A stretch of 64,000 nucleotides of DNA from Escherichia phage vB_Eco_F25, in sequence record OP870144.1. The stretch is one strand, 5' to 3'. Made by a program: the position numbers and the translations under genes. The notes under the pieces are model-generated. The model ran no database searches. It was not told the DNA's origin and saw only the letters and a program-made list of their open reading frames with translations. This document shows, one piece after another, positions 39,601 to 49,460 of the stretch (position 1 is the stretch's first letter; every line of letters begins with the position of its first letter).

Positions 39601-39816
39601 TTAAGCCTTTTTATCAAGAACAGCATTCAGCTTGTTAGTAATTTTATCCAGACGCACATTGAACTCACTAGAAGATAAGCCCTTTTCTGGAGAAATTAAA
39701 CTAATAACGAAAAATACAACAATAAAAGGAATAAGGAAAATAGCTCCAACTGCCATAAACAAAAAGAATGTTACGGTTGTAAGAAAATCAGCTAAACCTT
39801 TACGAAATTTATACAT
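39601..39816 (-). CDS. Hypothetical membrane protein
   Basis: 71 aa; hydrophobic segment FLFMAVGAIFLIPFIVVFFVISLI. Confidence 0.45.
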   Translation of the reverse strand: MYKFRKGLADFLTTVTFFLFMAVGAIFLIPFIVVFFVISLISPEKGLSSSEFNVRLDKITNKLNAVLDKKA

Positions 39817-39931
39817 ATTTTACCCTTAATTGATTAACCAAGCATTGATAAGCACTAAACTATACTGTGAATAAAATTCTGGACCAAAATGAAAAATCAT
39901 ATCATTTATAGTATCCATAATGTAATTCAAT

Positions 39932-40402
39932 TTAATCATGTGTCCACACCCCATCGGTATTTGACCAAAGTCGCTGATTATCTGATCCTCGCCACAGCTT
40001 TTTAGTCGGAAGATTTTTCTCATACTTCCCATCAATAATAACATCAACATATTTAAGCATTTCTAGTTGTTTAATATCTTCAAACTTATATCCTGTCCAC
40101 AACCAAATGCTTTTATTGGGATAAAGATTTTTAATAGTTTGAACCACAGAGTGAATCACGTCTCTGTTATCAGGATAAAGAGGGTCTCCTCCAGTTATAG
40201 TTAATCCTTCTATATAATCATTATTCAAACATTCAATTAATTGTTCTAATGTTTCACCAGTGAATGGAATACCATTTCTAGCATTCCATGTTGATTTATT
40301 ATAACACCCTTCGCATTTATGCAAACATCCAGTAACGAAAAGAACTGTCCTGCATCCAGGACCATTAACAAAGCAGCACGGGTATATTCTGTCATAATTC
40401 AT
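39932..40402 (-). CDS. nrdG: Anaerobic ribonucleotide reductase activating protein (radical SAM)
   Basis: 156 aa, same as T4 NrdG; MNYDRIYPCCFVNGPGCRTVLFVTGCLHKCEGC. Confidence 0.9.
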   Translation of the reverse strand: MNYDRIYPCCFVNGPGCRTVLFVTGCLHKCEGCYNKSTWNARNGIPFTGETLEQLIECLNNDYIEGLTITGGDPLYPDNRDVIHSVVQTIKNLYPNKSIWLWTGYKFEDIKQLEMLKYVDVIIDGKYEKNLPTKKLWRGSDNQRLWSNTDGVWTHD

Positions 40403-41231
40403 TTATATATTTCCAATTATAGCCTTCAACACTTTTACGTTCGCCATTTAAACATTTTAAAATATTTCCTTTGCTAGAAATATTAAAATATTTTGCTGCG
40501 TCTGGTATATAATTAAATGTTTTTAAAAGAACACCATCTTTATATGCGCCAAATAAATTAAGAGTATATTTTTCTCGAAGACGCTGATGTTTCCTTTTCA
40601 TAACCTCAGGATTTGCATACGCCAACTTCAATGAATTTCTGTGTTTTTCTTTTACTTCAGGTTTTTGCATTGCTAACTTAGTTAGCCTGGAAATTTTATT
40701 TCTAACTTCGTCAGTTTTCATTGCATTTGACAAATTTAATAAAGTTTTATTTCTAACTTCAGGTTTTTGCATTGCTAACTTAGTTAGTTCTCTATGTCTT
40801 TTTCTAAAATCGTCATCCTTCCATATATTTTTCGATAATTTTGACATAGAGCGGTGAAATAATTCCTTTTCACTGGAATACAATTTAAAAATTTCATCCA
40901 ATTCATCCGCATTAAATCTATCGGTATTCAAGTTTATCATTCTATGAAAGGCATAACACATTTTACTATTGCTTGTTTTAGCTAAATAGTAATGAGCTAA
41001 CGCATGGTCATAATATGACAAATTAACAATATTCCATTTATCTGTTTTATATTCAGGAAATATAGATTTGGGAAGCACGTGATGTGCTTCCGTTTTTCCT
41101 TTTATTTTAGGATTATTATAATTTTTTGTTATCAAATCAACATATGACAATAGTAAATCATTATTTTCTTCAAATATTAAAGCTAATTTATCATTCACAA
41201 AATCGCAAGGATAAAATCTATCATAATTCAT
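40392..41231 (-). CDS. HNH homing endonuclease (free-standing) between nrdD and nrdG
   Basis: 279 aa; HNH motif EAHHVLPKSIF...YYDHALAHYYLAK; repeated LTKLAMQKPEV(R/K)NK modules; first 13 codons mimic the nrdG start. Confidence 0.8.
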   Translation of the reverse strand: MNYDRFYPCDFVNDKLALIFEENNDLLLSYVDLITKNYNNPKIKGKTEAHHVLPKSIFPEYKTDKWNIVNLSYYDHALAHYYLAKTSNSKMCYAFHRMINLNTDRFNADELDEIFKLYSSEKELFHRSMSKLSKNIWKDDDFRKRHRELTKLAMQKPEVRNKTLLNLSNAMKTDEVRNKISRLTKLAMQKPEVKEKHRNSLKLAYANPEVMKRKHQRLREKYTLNLFGAYKDGVLLKTFNYIPDAAKYFNISSKGNILKCLNGERKSVEGYNWKYINEL

Positions 41232-43045
41232 TGGTGTTTAACCCTATGCATGATTTCTTTATTTTTGCCGAGATTAAATCCGCGTTCGTTCGGATTCCCC
41301 AAATAACCGCAAGTTCTTCTTATTGTGTTCATCTTTTTAGGATCAGTTTCTCCACAGATAGAACAAACAAATCCGTTTTCAGTAGGAGTCATTTCATGAG
41401 TACTTCCGCATGTAAAACATTTATCTACTGGCATATTAACACCAAAATAATCTAAATGTTGTGCAGCATAATCCCATACGGCCTCAAGACCCTTTAAGTT
41501 ATTTTTCATATCAGGAAGTTCAACATAAGAAATGTGACCACCTGTCGCAATGAAATGATATGGCGCTTCACGAGAAATCTTTTCAAACGGAGTAACATTT
41601 TCTTCTACTGAAACGTGGAAACTGTTAGTGTACCAGCCTTTATCGGTAACATCTTTTACACTTCCATATTTTTCGGTATCGAGTTTACAGAAGCGATAAC
41701 AAAGGTTTTCAGCAGGAGTAGAATACAAGCTAAAAGCAAATCCGGTTCTTTCAGTCCACTGCTTAAGATGAGCATTCATTTTAGTTAAAATTTCTTGTCC
41801 AATGTCACGACCGACAAGAATATTCAATTCATGAATACCAATGTATCCTAAAGACACTGAACTTCTACCGTTTTTAAATAACTCAATTATGTCGTCATCA
41901 GGTTTAAGACGAACCCCGAATGCACCTTCTTGGTAAAGAATAGGAGCAACAGTCGCTTTAACTCCTTTTAAGGAACTAATTCTACACATCAATGCTTCAA
42001 AACATAAATCCATTCGTTCATTGAATAATTCAACAAATTTCTGTTCATTGAACTGTGTTCCAATATAAGAATCTAACGCAATGCGAGGAAGATTTAGTGT
42101 TACAACGCCAAGATTATTACGTCCATCAAGAATTTCATTACCAGTCGAATCTTTCCATACACTCAAGAAACTGCGGCAACCCATTGGAGAAACAGGAATA
42201 GATGAGCCGGTGATAGCTTTATTGTTCTTAGCTGAAATAATATCAGGATACATTCTTTTGCTTGCGCACTCTAGAGCAAGCTGTTTAATATCATAGTTCG
42301 GATCGTCTTTATAAAGATTAACACCTTCTTCAACAAACATAACAAGCTTAGGGAAAATAGGAGTTATCCCATCACGACCAAGACCGTTAATACGATTTTT
42401 CAGAATTGCTTTCTGAATCATTCGTTCAGTCCAGTCAGTTCCCGTACCAAATGTAATTGTTACAAAAGGCGTTTGTCCGTTTGAACTAAAGAGAGTATTT
42501 ACTTCATATTCATAAGCTTGGAATGCATCGTATACATCTTTTTCTGTTTTAGATTGAGCATAATTCAACGCATCAGCGATTTGCCATTTTTCTGCATCCT
42601 CAATATGTTTTGCATAGGTGCGTTTAACATAAGGAGAAAGTACTTTATCTACATTAGCAAAAGTCGTTCCGCCGTATTGATGGGAAGCAACCTGTGCAGT
42701 AATTTGTGCCATAATTGCAGTAGCAACTCCAATTGATTTAGGAGTTTCAATCTGTGCATTACCAAGCTTAAATCCGTTCTCAAGCATTCCTTTTAAATCT
42801 ACTAAACAACAATTAGTAAATGGAAGAGCAGGGGAATAATCAATATCGTGGAAATGAATAATTCCGCTTTCATGCGCTTTCATAATAAAAGACGGGACCA
42901 TATTTTTGGCAATGTGTTTAGACACAATACCAGCCATAAGGTCCCGTTGAGTTGGAAAAACACGAGAATCTTTATTAGCATTCTCGTTTAAAAGGTCTTT
43001 ATTAGTTTTATGAATCAATCCTTCAATTTCTTTTTCAATTGTCAT
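41228..43045 (-). CDS. nrdD: Anaerobic ribonucleoside-triphosphate reductase (glycyl radical enzyme), uninterrupted
   Basis: 605 aa; C-terminal glycyl radical motif RRTCGYLG and CxxC pairs; no intron-like interruption. Confidence 0.93.
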   Translation of the reverse strand: MTIEKEIEGLIHKTNKDLLNENANKDSRVFPTQRDLMAGIVSKHIAKNMVPSFIMKAHESGIIHFHDIDYSPALPFTNCCLVDLKGMLENGFKLGNAQIETPKSIGVATAIMAQITAQVASHQYGGTTFANVDKVLSPYVKRTYAKHIEDAEKWQIADALNYAQSKTEKDVYDAFQAYEYEVNTLFSSNGQTPFVTITFGTGTDWTERMIQKAILKNRINGLGRDGITPIFPKLVMFVEEGVNLYKDDPNYDIKQLALECASKRMYPDIISAKNNKAITGSSIPVSPMGCRSFLSVWKDSTGNEILDGRNNLGVVTLNLPRIALDSYIGTQFNEQKFVELFNERMDLCFEALMCRISSLKGVKATVAPILYQEGAFGVRLKPDDDIIELFKNGRSSVSLGYIGIHELNILVGRDIGQEILTKMNAHLKQWTERTGFAFSLYSTPAENLCYRFCKLDTEKYGSVKDVTDKGWYTNSFHVSVEENVTPFEKISREAPYHFIATGGHISYVELPDMKNNLKGLEAVWDYAAQHLDYFGVNMPVDKCFTCGSTHEMTPTENGFVCSICGETDPKKMNTIRRTCGYLGNPNERGFNLGKNKEIMHRVKHQ

Positions 43046-43515
43046 TTTAAACTCTTTCTAAGCTGCTTCTTAAATGAAGCTATTAACTGTGTTTTGGTGT
43101 CAGATTCATTATATTCAAATCCTCTTTGAAGCATCTCAGCCATCATTTCCTCTTTTCCTAAACGAGAAAATTCCTTTGATTTATCTCCAACAAAGTTAGG
43201 GTGAATATTATTTTGGGTGTAATCGGATTTTAAGTAAGTAAGTAAATTTTCTAACCATTCAAGATAATCAACCCCTTGTCCCTTTAAGCCAGAACGATTA
43301 AATTTATGTTTCATTTGACCTTCTGCGGCATTGCAGAGATTACAAAGCAATCCACGCACCTTTCCTGCTTTTGGTCCATTTAATTCATGGTCATGGTCGA
43401 GGTGATTAGCTTGAACATCAGGATTTAGTTCTCGTTGGCAAATTAAGCATTTACCGTTTTGTGCATCATAAAATTTCTGTTTTTCTTCTTTATATAATTT
43501 GCCAGTCAATAACAT
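43042..43515 (-). CDS. 49: Endonuclease VII (Holliday junction resolvase)
   Basis: 157 aa, same as T4 gp49; CLICQRELNPD...LCNLCN zinc-binding motifs. Confidence 0.9.
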   Translation of the reverse strand: MLLTGKLYKEEKQKFYDAQNGKCLICQRELNPDVQANHLDHDHELNGPKAGKVRGLLCNLCNAAEGQMKHKFNRSGLKGQGVDYLEWLENLLTYLKSDYTQNNIHPNFVGDKSKEFSRLGKEEMMAEMLQRGFEYNESDTKTQLIASFKKQLRKSLK

Positions 43516-43556
43516 AATAAACCCTTACCTTAAATAGATAAGGGTATTTATTATTT

Positions 43557-43733
43557 TCAAGTATTGTAAAACATTCGATGCAATCGTTTATACTGTCGAA
43601 TCATCTTTTTAGTAGGACGAGAATAGATTCCTACGCAAGTAGTCATATGAGGGTCCGTAGAATGTCCTTTAATAAAAAGTTTCCAAACCTTACCGCCATT
43701 TAACTTTTCAGTATAAACCAATTCGGTTTTCAT
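43557..43733 (-). CDS. Hypothetical small protein (58 aa)
   Basis: Hand-translated ORF; ATG overlaps the upstream stop (TAATG); below ORF-track cut-off. Confidence 0.35.
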   Translation of the reverse strand: MKTELVYTEKLNGGKVWKLFIKGHSTDPHMTTCVGIYSRPTKKMIRQYKRLHRMFYNT

Positions 43734-44197
43734 TAAAATGCCCTGTCAGAAAAAGAATTTTGAGTTTCAAGCCATTCAATGTACTCTGCGGCAGCTTGCA
43801 TCAGGTTACCTTCATAGCCATCGTTATTTTCTTGTGCAGCTAATTTAGCTAATGCGTATGAAATACGTTCACCTTGAAAATCGGCTTTAGGCTTCTGAAC
43901 AACTTGATTAGTTCGCTCTACAACTTCTTCAATTTCGCCATTTTCGACTGATTCAGTATTCCACAAACACCAATACGTAATTGGCTTATCATAGATGTTA
44001 ATAATCTTTCCGTCGGAAAGTTCAATTTCAATAATTCCAGTATCAGGCTCTATATCATCTTCACATTCTTTTGCAAGTTCACGAACTTTAAAGACAGCAC
44101 CTGCACTAAGTTCCGGCCAGTAATTACACAGTCCTGTATCAGCACGATTAATTCTAAACCACTTATCTACTGTAATCATGTCCCATCTCCATATCAA
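43733..44197 (-). CDS. Hypothetical protein (T4 pin position)
   Basis: 154-aa ORF upstream of gene 49. Confidence 0.45.
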   Translation of the reverse strand: MIWRWDMITVDKWFRINRADTGLCNYWPELSAGAVFKVRELAKECEDDIEPDTGIIEIELSDGKIINIYDKPITYWCLWNTESVENGEIEEVVERTNQVVQKPKADFQGERISYALAKLAAQENNDGYEGNLMQAAAEYIEWLETQNSFSDRAF

Positions 44198-44301
44198 TTA
44201 AGTCATTTATCGTTGGTTCATTATATACTGTTTCTTCATCAGTGTAAACCGGTTCTTCCAGCTCTGGCTCTACAGTTTCCCATCTAGCCGCCCACCAGGG
44301 T

Positions 44302-44496
44302 TTAACCCCGAAGCTTATTAAGTTCTTCATAATCAATCCAGGATTCTAATCCTGATGGCAAATCAGATTCAATTTCCCAAAGAAGCTCTTCAATTTTCTG
44401 AAGACGATCTAGTTCTTCAGCTGGAATAGTAACCATTGATGGAGTTCTTGATACACTAATATCGTAAATCATATTTACCCCAGTTTGACCATGCAA
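44302..44496 (-). CDS. Hypothetical protein
   Basis: 64-aa ORF; an overlapping alternative small ORF starts at 44328-44330. Confidence 0.3.
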   Translation of the reverse strand: MHGQTGVNMIYDISVSRTPSMVTIPAEELDRLQKIEELLWEIESDLPSGLESWIDYEELNKLRG

Positions 44497-44690
44497 TCAC
44501 CGTATTTCCACTTAGAAATAGACTTTTCACCATTAGAATAATAAACTTCGAGTTTAGCACGGTTATTTTTAATTTGAATAACCTTTGCTGTCATCAAAGT
44601 TCCATACCCATAGTAAACTGCAACTTCATCACCTACATATACCGCGCTTCCACGATAATCATGGATATAATCAGTTCCTTCGAGCATCAT
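44475..44690 (-). CDS. Hypothetical protein
   Basis: 71-aa ORF. Confidence 0.4.
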   Translation of the reverse strand: MMLEGTDYIHDYRGSAVYVGDEVAVYYGYGTLMTAKVIQIKNNRAKLEVYYSNGEKSISKWKYGDCMVKLG

Positions 44691-44950
44691 TTAAAGTATT
44701 CCCGCAATTGGTCAAATCCACCAATATGACTTCCATCAGGAGCAAATACCTGAGGCATTGTCAAGCCGATTTGAGTATCACGACCTAGTTTCGTCAGAAG
44801 CTCAGCGATTTTCTCATCATCAAAAACACCTTTTTCCGGCATAATGTTGATAAATTCAAATGGCTGTTTCTTCACGGTCAAAAGACGTTTTGCATTATCG
44901 CAATACACGCATTTATGGATGTTGCTATCATAACCATATACTTTAAACAT
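44687..44950 (-). CDS. nrdC: Thioredoxin/glutaredoxin NrdC
   Basis: 87 aa, same as T4 NrdC; VYCDNAK redox motif. Confidence 0.8.
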   Translation of the reverse strand: MFKVYGYDSNIHKCVYCDNAKRLLTVKKQPFEFINIMPEKGVFDDEKIAELLTKLGRDTQIGLTMPQVFAPDGSHIGGFDQLREYFK

Positions 44951-44951
44951 A

Positions 44952-45209
44952 TTATTCCTTAATTCCTAGTACTCGTTTAAAAGTCTCGTCGTAATCAAGA
45001 CTTTGGCCCGTTTGTTCTTTATGTTTGTATATAATATCACTTACTTCTGATAGCATATTTTTATATGAACGAGTTAAAGCTGATTTAAGCACGCTGTATC
45101 TATCAGGAAATTTACCATGTTCATTATAATAAGCTATTGCTAATTCACGGACTGCCTTTTCAGCAGTCTCCATATATTCTTTACGCTTTGTCATTTTCTT
45201 CTCGGTCAA
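44952..45209 (-). CDS. Hypothetical protein
   Basis: 85-aa ORF. Confidence 0.45.
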   Translation of the reverse strand: MTEKKMTKRKEYMETAEKAVRELAIAYYNEHGKFPDRYSVLKSALTRSYKNMLSEVSDIIYKHKEQTGQSLDYDETFKRVLGIKE

Positions 45210-45495
45210 ATCGGTGTTTACAATGGCGACATTTATAACGAAGATTATTAGTCTGCCAATGGACTAATTGCACCTGTTCAGTTCCACACTCAGGGCAATT
45301 AGGAACGTTTTTAGAAGCCCTTTCGCGACGTTCAACCATGACCATTACAGAATCCCAATTAATAGGGCTGCTATAATCATCACAACCGTGAATCTTTCCA
45401 CGCATTTCCAGATCGTCTTCTTCACCAGCCATAATAATTTTAATTAGACTAGAATTACTTGAAGCTGCAATGTCTTCTAATAGACGCTTTTTCAT
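45181..45495 (-). CDS. Hypothetical zinc-ribbon protein
   Basis: 104 aa; CPECG...CRHC motif. Confidence 0.45.
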   Translation of the reverse strand: MKKRLLEDIAASSNSSLIKIIMAGEEDDLEMRGKIHGCDDYSSPINWDSVMVMVERRERASKNVPNCPECGTEQVQLVHWQTNNLRYKCRHCKHRFDREENDKA

Positions 45496-46421
45496 TTCAA
45501 TACCTCAATAGCATTACGTAAACCATTTGCTTTTGCATTAAGAGCTTTTAACAATTTGGTGTGTTCTGCAATTTGGGCTTCAACTTCAATCAAACGAGCA
45601 TTGAGATATTCACGTTCTTCGCTCAAGTTATCAACCTTTTCTACTTTAGGTTCTTTTACAACTGGCTTATACGTATTAGGGTTCTTCAGTTTAATTAGAA
45701 TGCGTGAACTGTATAACATTGAACCATTATCTTCGGTTTCATCATACATTTCCACTACATCCATGATTTTTAACATCATGCGGAGTTTATAAGACAACGA
45801 ACGAATAGTTTTATTGTGCTTATTAATTTCTCTAGCTGTCATGGTGCCGAGATTACGTGAGTAATAATAAGGAACCTGGATATTAATTAATACTGATGAA
45901 CCTCCTGGCTTGTGTGTTACTTCATCAGCAATAACCCAGTCCTTAACATGAACTGTATTTGTACGGTCATCGCCCGCGGTAAATAGTTTGCGAGCATGCT
46001 TAAAAAGCATATTCACTTGGTCATTGAATTGACAAGCAAATTTATCAGCAAATTTAGTTTCAGGAATGGTAGATAACCAATCAGCCAAGTGGGTCTTTTT
46101 AACATCGTTAACAATAGTAAATTCAACCAAATCGGTTATAGATGTCGCAGTTTTAATGAATCTCGGCTTCATAAAGTTTTTAATGTTATCACTAGCTACA
46201 GTAGAAGATAACATACGAGAACGTTTAAACCATTCAAGCAAATTGCCTAACGAATGAGAATAAGCGTTTTGAGTATCTTTACAGATATGATTTTCCTGGC
46301 CAACATATTGAAGGAAATCACGAAGAATATTATTGATTACTGCTCTGTGTCCGATCTGATAATTACGGTGTTTAGTAATAAGACTATCAAAATAATCAAT
46401 ATAATGTTTACGAGTTTTCAT
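45492..46421 (-). CDS. Hypothetical protein with C-terminal coiled coil
   Basis: 309 aa; starts MKTRKHY; heptad-like C-terminus [33 protein letters not shown]. Confidence 0.5.
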   Translation of the reverse strand: MKTRKHYIDYFDSLITKHRNYQIGHRAVINNILRDFLQYVGQENHICKDTQNAYSHSLGNLLEWFKRSRMLSSTVASDNIKNFMKPRFIKTATSITDLVEFTIVNDVKKTHLADWLSTIPETKFADKFACQFNDQVNMLFKHARKLFTAGDDRTNTVHVKDWVIADEVTHKPGGSSVLINIQVPYYYSRNLGTMTAREINKHNKTIRSLSYKLRMMLKIMDVVEMYDETEDNGSMLYSSRILIKLKNPNTYKPVVKEPKVEKVDNLSEEREYLNARLIEVEAQIAEHTKLLKALNAKANGLRNAIEVLK

Positions 46422-46473
46422 GTTCTTCTCACTTGGTTAATGATTTATACTCCGAGCCATCCTTGGCTTTAAA

Positions 46474-47475
46474 TTACTTAATTAACTGTAAAGCTTGTTC
46501 AAGACGATCCAGGCGATTAGCAGATTCTTCCCAAATCCTTTTAGCCTGCTCATATTCTTTCTGCGCTTTATTAGAAATTTCTAGAGCTTCTTTATAAGCT
46601 TTTTCTAATGCAATAACTTCTGGACGAATTTCTACCGATTCAGGCGAATCGTCAAGACATTCCATTAGTTCCTCAAGGGTAGTTTCTTCTTTAGGAGTAT
46701 TCACAATTTCATCACATTTTTGTTGATAAATTTCTTTATCAGTAGGCGAATATGCACATTTCACTTCACGAAGACTAATTACAATTTTATATCCTTCCCA
46801 GCCGCACATATTCTTAAAAGGATATGTATGAATATTTTCTACTGTTTCCATACAAAGTAATGCGGTCTCTAATTGACGAGTTATAGTGCTAGCAATTGAG
46901 AAAAATTTATTAATGTTCTTTTGATTAGCTTCTGGTGTAAAAAATTCATAATTCACAAAAATAGCTACTTTATTTTTATCAAGTTCATATTCTTTTATGA
47001 TAATCATATCAGAAGCCAAAGGATGAATTTGACGATAATCGCCATAACATAATTTAGAAGCTGATTTTAGAATTTGTCCTCTGAAAAGTCTGAAATTACT
47101 AATCCAACGACGAGTAAAAATATTCTCAGGGTCTTCTTTGACATTAAGATGATAAGAATTAACATCACCGAACCAATTATATCCTACTACATCTTTGGTT
47201 CGTTTAATTTCTTTCCCAAAATTACCAAGAATATCCCGATTAACCAAATATGAAAGAAGACGAGACTCTTTAAAGGTTTTCTTGATAACATCTTTATCTA
47301 CACGGCTAGAAATTTTACGAATTTCATGAATAAATTTAGCAGAAGAAACAATACCTGCATCAACACTATTGAGCCACTGATTGATAATAGAAAGAACGCT
47401 ATTTTGGCCAAACATCGGTATAGCTTTATCATCAATAACGCTATTGAATGATTTGATATATTCGTTGCGAGTCAT
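46474..47475 (-). CDS. Hypothetical protein with C-terminal coiled coil
   Basis: ATG at 47473-47475 (MTRNEYIK...), downstream of the early promoter; C-terminus EYEQAKRIWEESANRLDRLEQALQLIK. Confidence 0.5.
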   Translation of the reverse strand: MTRNEYIKSFNSVIDDKAIPMFGQNSVLSIINQWLNSVDAGIVSSAKFIHEIRKISSRVDKDVIKKTFKESRLLSYLVNRDILGNFGKEIKRTKDVVGYNWFGDVNSYHLNVKEDPENIFTRRWISNFRLFRGQILKSASKLCYGDYRQIHPLASDMIIIKEYELDKNKVAIFVNYEFFTPEANQKNINKFFSIASTITRQLETALLCMETVENIHTYPFKNMCGWEGYKIVISLREVKCAYSPTDKEIYQQKCDEIVNTPKEETTLEELMECLDDSPESVEIRPEVIALEKAYKEALEISNKAQKEYEQAKRIWEESANRLDRLEQALQLIK

Positions 47476-47503
47476 AATAATCTCCTCAGTAGAAAGTAAG
47501 AAC

Positions 47504-47533
47504 ATTATACCACATCCTTGTGGCAAAGTAAAC
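47504..47533 (-). promoter_or_regulatory. T4-type early promoter, near-identical to 2745-2774
   Basis: GTTTAC(47533-47528), 18-nt spacer, TATAAT(47509-47504); about 31-bp core shared with the rIIA.1 promoter. Confidence 0.6.
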
Positions 47534-48537
47534 TAATTTAGTGCATTTAATGCATTGTTCAGTTTAGAACGTTGCTTTGTCAGATTTTGAACCCTTGACT
47601 GAGCTTGTTCTAACACCTTTTCAGCTTCTAGCATTTCATTGGTTGCTTTAACTAATTCATCATCTACTGCCTTGATAGACTTCTCAATAGCCTCGGCATG
47701 CCATTTTTCGACAGGTTTAAAATTTGAATTTTCAGTAGGAAGAAAACTCACTTTATTAAGTTTACATGCATCTATATTGCTTGAGCTATACATCCAAAAT
47801 TTAGAATCGTTTGATGAGTAGTTATCTTGCACTTCCTGCTTTTTCTCTTGCGGGACTTCGTCCTTTCTCAAAAAATCGTATTTAAATGAAACGATCATAT
47901 CAAGTTCATATGTTGTTGTGTCTAATTTAAATCGCTCAAAACGAGGTAAAATCTTAGACTGAACAGCGGAAACAACATCCATATACTTAAATGCTTCTGT
48001 CAACTGCGATTTAAGGCATTCGCAAATTGAAAGAGAATTTTTTGTATTAGGTTTAAAGCTAATTCGTGCAGTTCTGTTATTTTCTTTTAATGGTCTTACT
48101 TCCATCTGAAGAGTATAACCATCAAATTTCAGGTTCTTTAAGTTAATGTCAGAACCTTTTAATCGACTAGCCGTCGACAAAATTTGCTTTAATTGTTTAC
48201 GGAATAGAGCAATAAATCTCCATTCAATACGATAATGATTTGGATTAAAAAATCCAGATGATAAATCAACCTTACTCTGACCAACGCCTTGAACAAATAG
48301 AGGATTTTTATAATCAATAGTTTTACAGAAATCGGTGAGCTGCTCACGAGCCGTCATTTGTGTAATATACCCCGCTTTACTAAAATGACGTAACCATTCA
48401 CTGCTATTCATATATTTAAAGTGAATATCACGATTAACTTTATCAGGGTCTAAATTATTTTGGCACAAAAATGTCATAACATCACGAGTATAACTGGCAT
48501 TACGAACCATATCTTCAATTTGAGAACGAGTTTTCAT
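47533..48537 (-). CDS. Hypothetical protein with C-terminal coiled coil
   Basis: 334 aa; starts MKTRSQIEDM; C-terminus LEAEKVLEQAQSRVQNLTKQRSKLNNALNALN. Confidence 0.5.
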   Translation of the reverse strand: MKTRSQIEDMVRNASYTRDVMTFLCQNNLDPDKVNRDIHFKYMNSSEWLRHFSKAGYITQMTAREQLTDFCKTIDYKNPLFVQGVGQSKVDLSSGFFNPNHYRIEWRFIALFRKQLKQILSTASRLKGSDINLKNLKFDGYTLQMEVRPLKENNRTARISFKPNTKNSLSICECLKSQLTEAFKYMDVVSAVQSKILPRFERFKLDTTTYELDMIVSFKYDFLRKDEVPQEKKQEVQDNYSSNDSKFWMYSSSNIDACKLNKVSFLPTENSNFKPVEKWHAEAIEKSIKAVDDELVKATNEMLEAEKVLEQAQSRVQNLTKQRSKLNNALNALN

Positions 48538-48545
48538 GGTGTTCC

Positions 48546-49460
48546 TTAAGATTTAAGTAAATCGACAATTTTAATTAACTTTTCACGCTCAGATTTAGCT
48601 TTACTACTCAGTCCAGATAGTCTGAAAATTTCATCATCATATTGTTGAATAGAAATATTTAGCTCTTCAATCTGTTTATTAAAATAATCAATTTGTTCAG
48701 AATGTTTTTCGTTACTACGAAATGGTACAGGTTTTGTAGGCAATTTAGTTGAACTGGATTCATCCGGGCGATAAATTAAAATGCAATTTGAACCAATCGG
48801 ACATTTAGCACCAGATGAATATTCTAATGTTCCGGCTTCTTTTAAAACTTCAAAAGCTAAACAGAGATGATGCCCCATATTAACATAATCTGTAGAGCGA
48901 GCTCTGATGTAATAATCATCGCCACGAATACTAAATTTAAAGCATTTAAGGTCTTCTGTATTATTAGTTTTAAAAATCATTTGTTTATCTAGACCTTTAG
49001 CCAATCGAGCACCTAATGCTAATAATCGTCGTTGATTTTCCCGCAAATCCGCAATCATTTGGTCGAATGATAATTTCGGCATTAGTCGGCCATAAAGGTC
49101 ATATCCTTTATTATAATTACGAAGGATTTCACTCGCGTTAATACGAGACAACGCTCCAATTTTATTAAGGGCTTTCATAATGCGATTAGATAAACTCATT
49201 CCAGACCCATTTGTTCGCTGTAAATGTTTTTCTAATCCAAACCCAATATCAACTTTAAATTTATCTAAAATTTCGGTGTGAACGTCTCTGTCAATAGCAT
49301 TCAAATCCAAAGTTGGGTTAAATCTATGAAAAAATTTATCTGGCTCTCCACGACGAAGTACAGTCCATTCATTCATCATTTTTTTATTAACTAAAGATTT
49401 AATTACTGCATTGACATTATTAATTGCTACTGACATATTTTCCTCACTCAATTTTACCAA
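48546..49460 (-). CDS. Hypothetical protein with C-terminal coiled coil
   Basis: 304 aa; C-terminus QIDYFNKQIEELNISIQQYDDEIFRLSGLSSKAKSEREKLIKIVDLLKS. Confidence 0.5.
   Translation of the reverse strand: MVKLSEENMSVAINNVNAVIKSLVNKKMMNEWTVLRRGEPDKFFHRFNPTLDLNAIDRDVHTEILDKFKVDIGFGLEKHLQRTNGSGMSLSNRIMKALNKIGALSRINASEILRNYNKGYDLYGRLMPKLSFDQMIADLRENQRRLLALGARLAKGLDKQMIFKTNNTEDLKCFKFSIRGDDYYIRARSTDYVNMGHHLCLAFEVLKEAGTLEYSSGAKCPIGSNCILIYRPDESSSTKLPTKPVPFRSNEKHSEQIDYFNKQIEELNISIQQYDDEIFRLSGLSSKAKSEREKLIKIVDLLKS

Noticed and set aside
39826-40050. 74-aa ORF overlapping the nrdG 3' region
   Set aside because: Alternative frame inside nrdG, which has a strong match to T4 NrdG.
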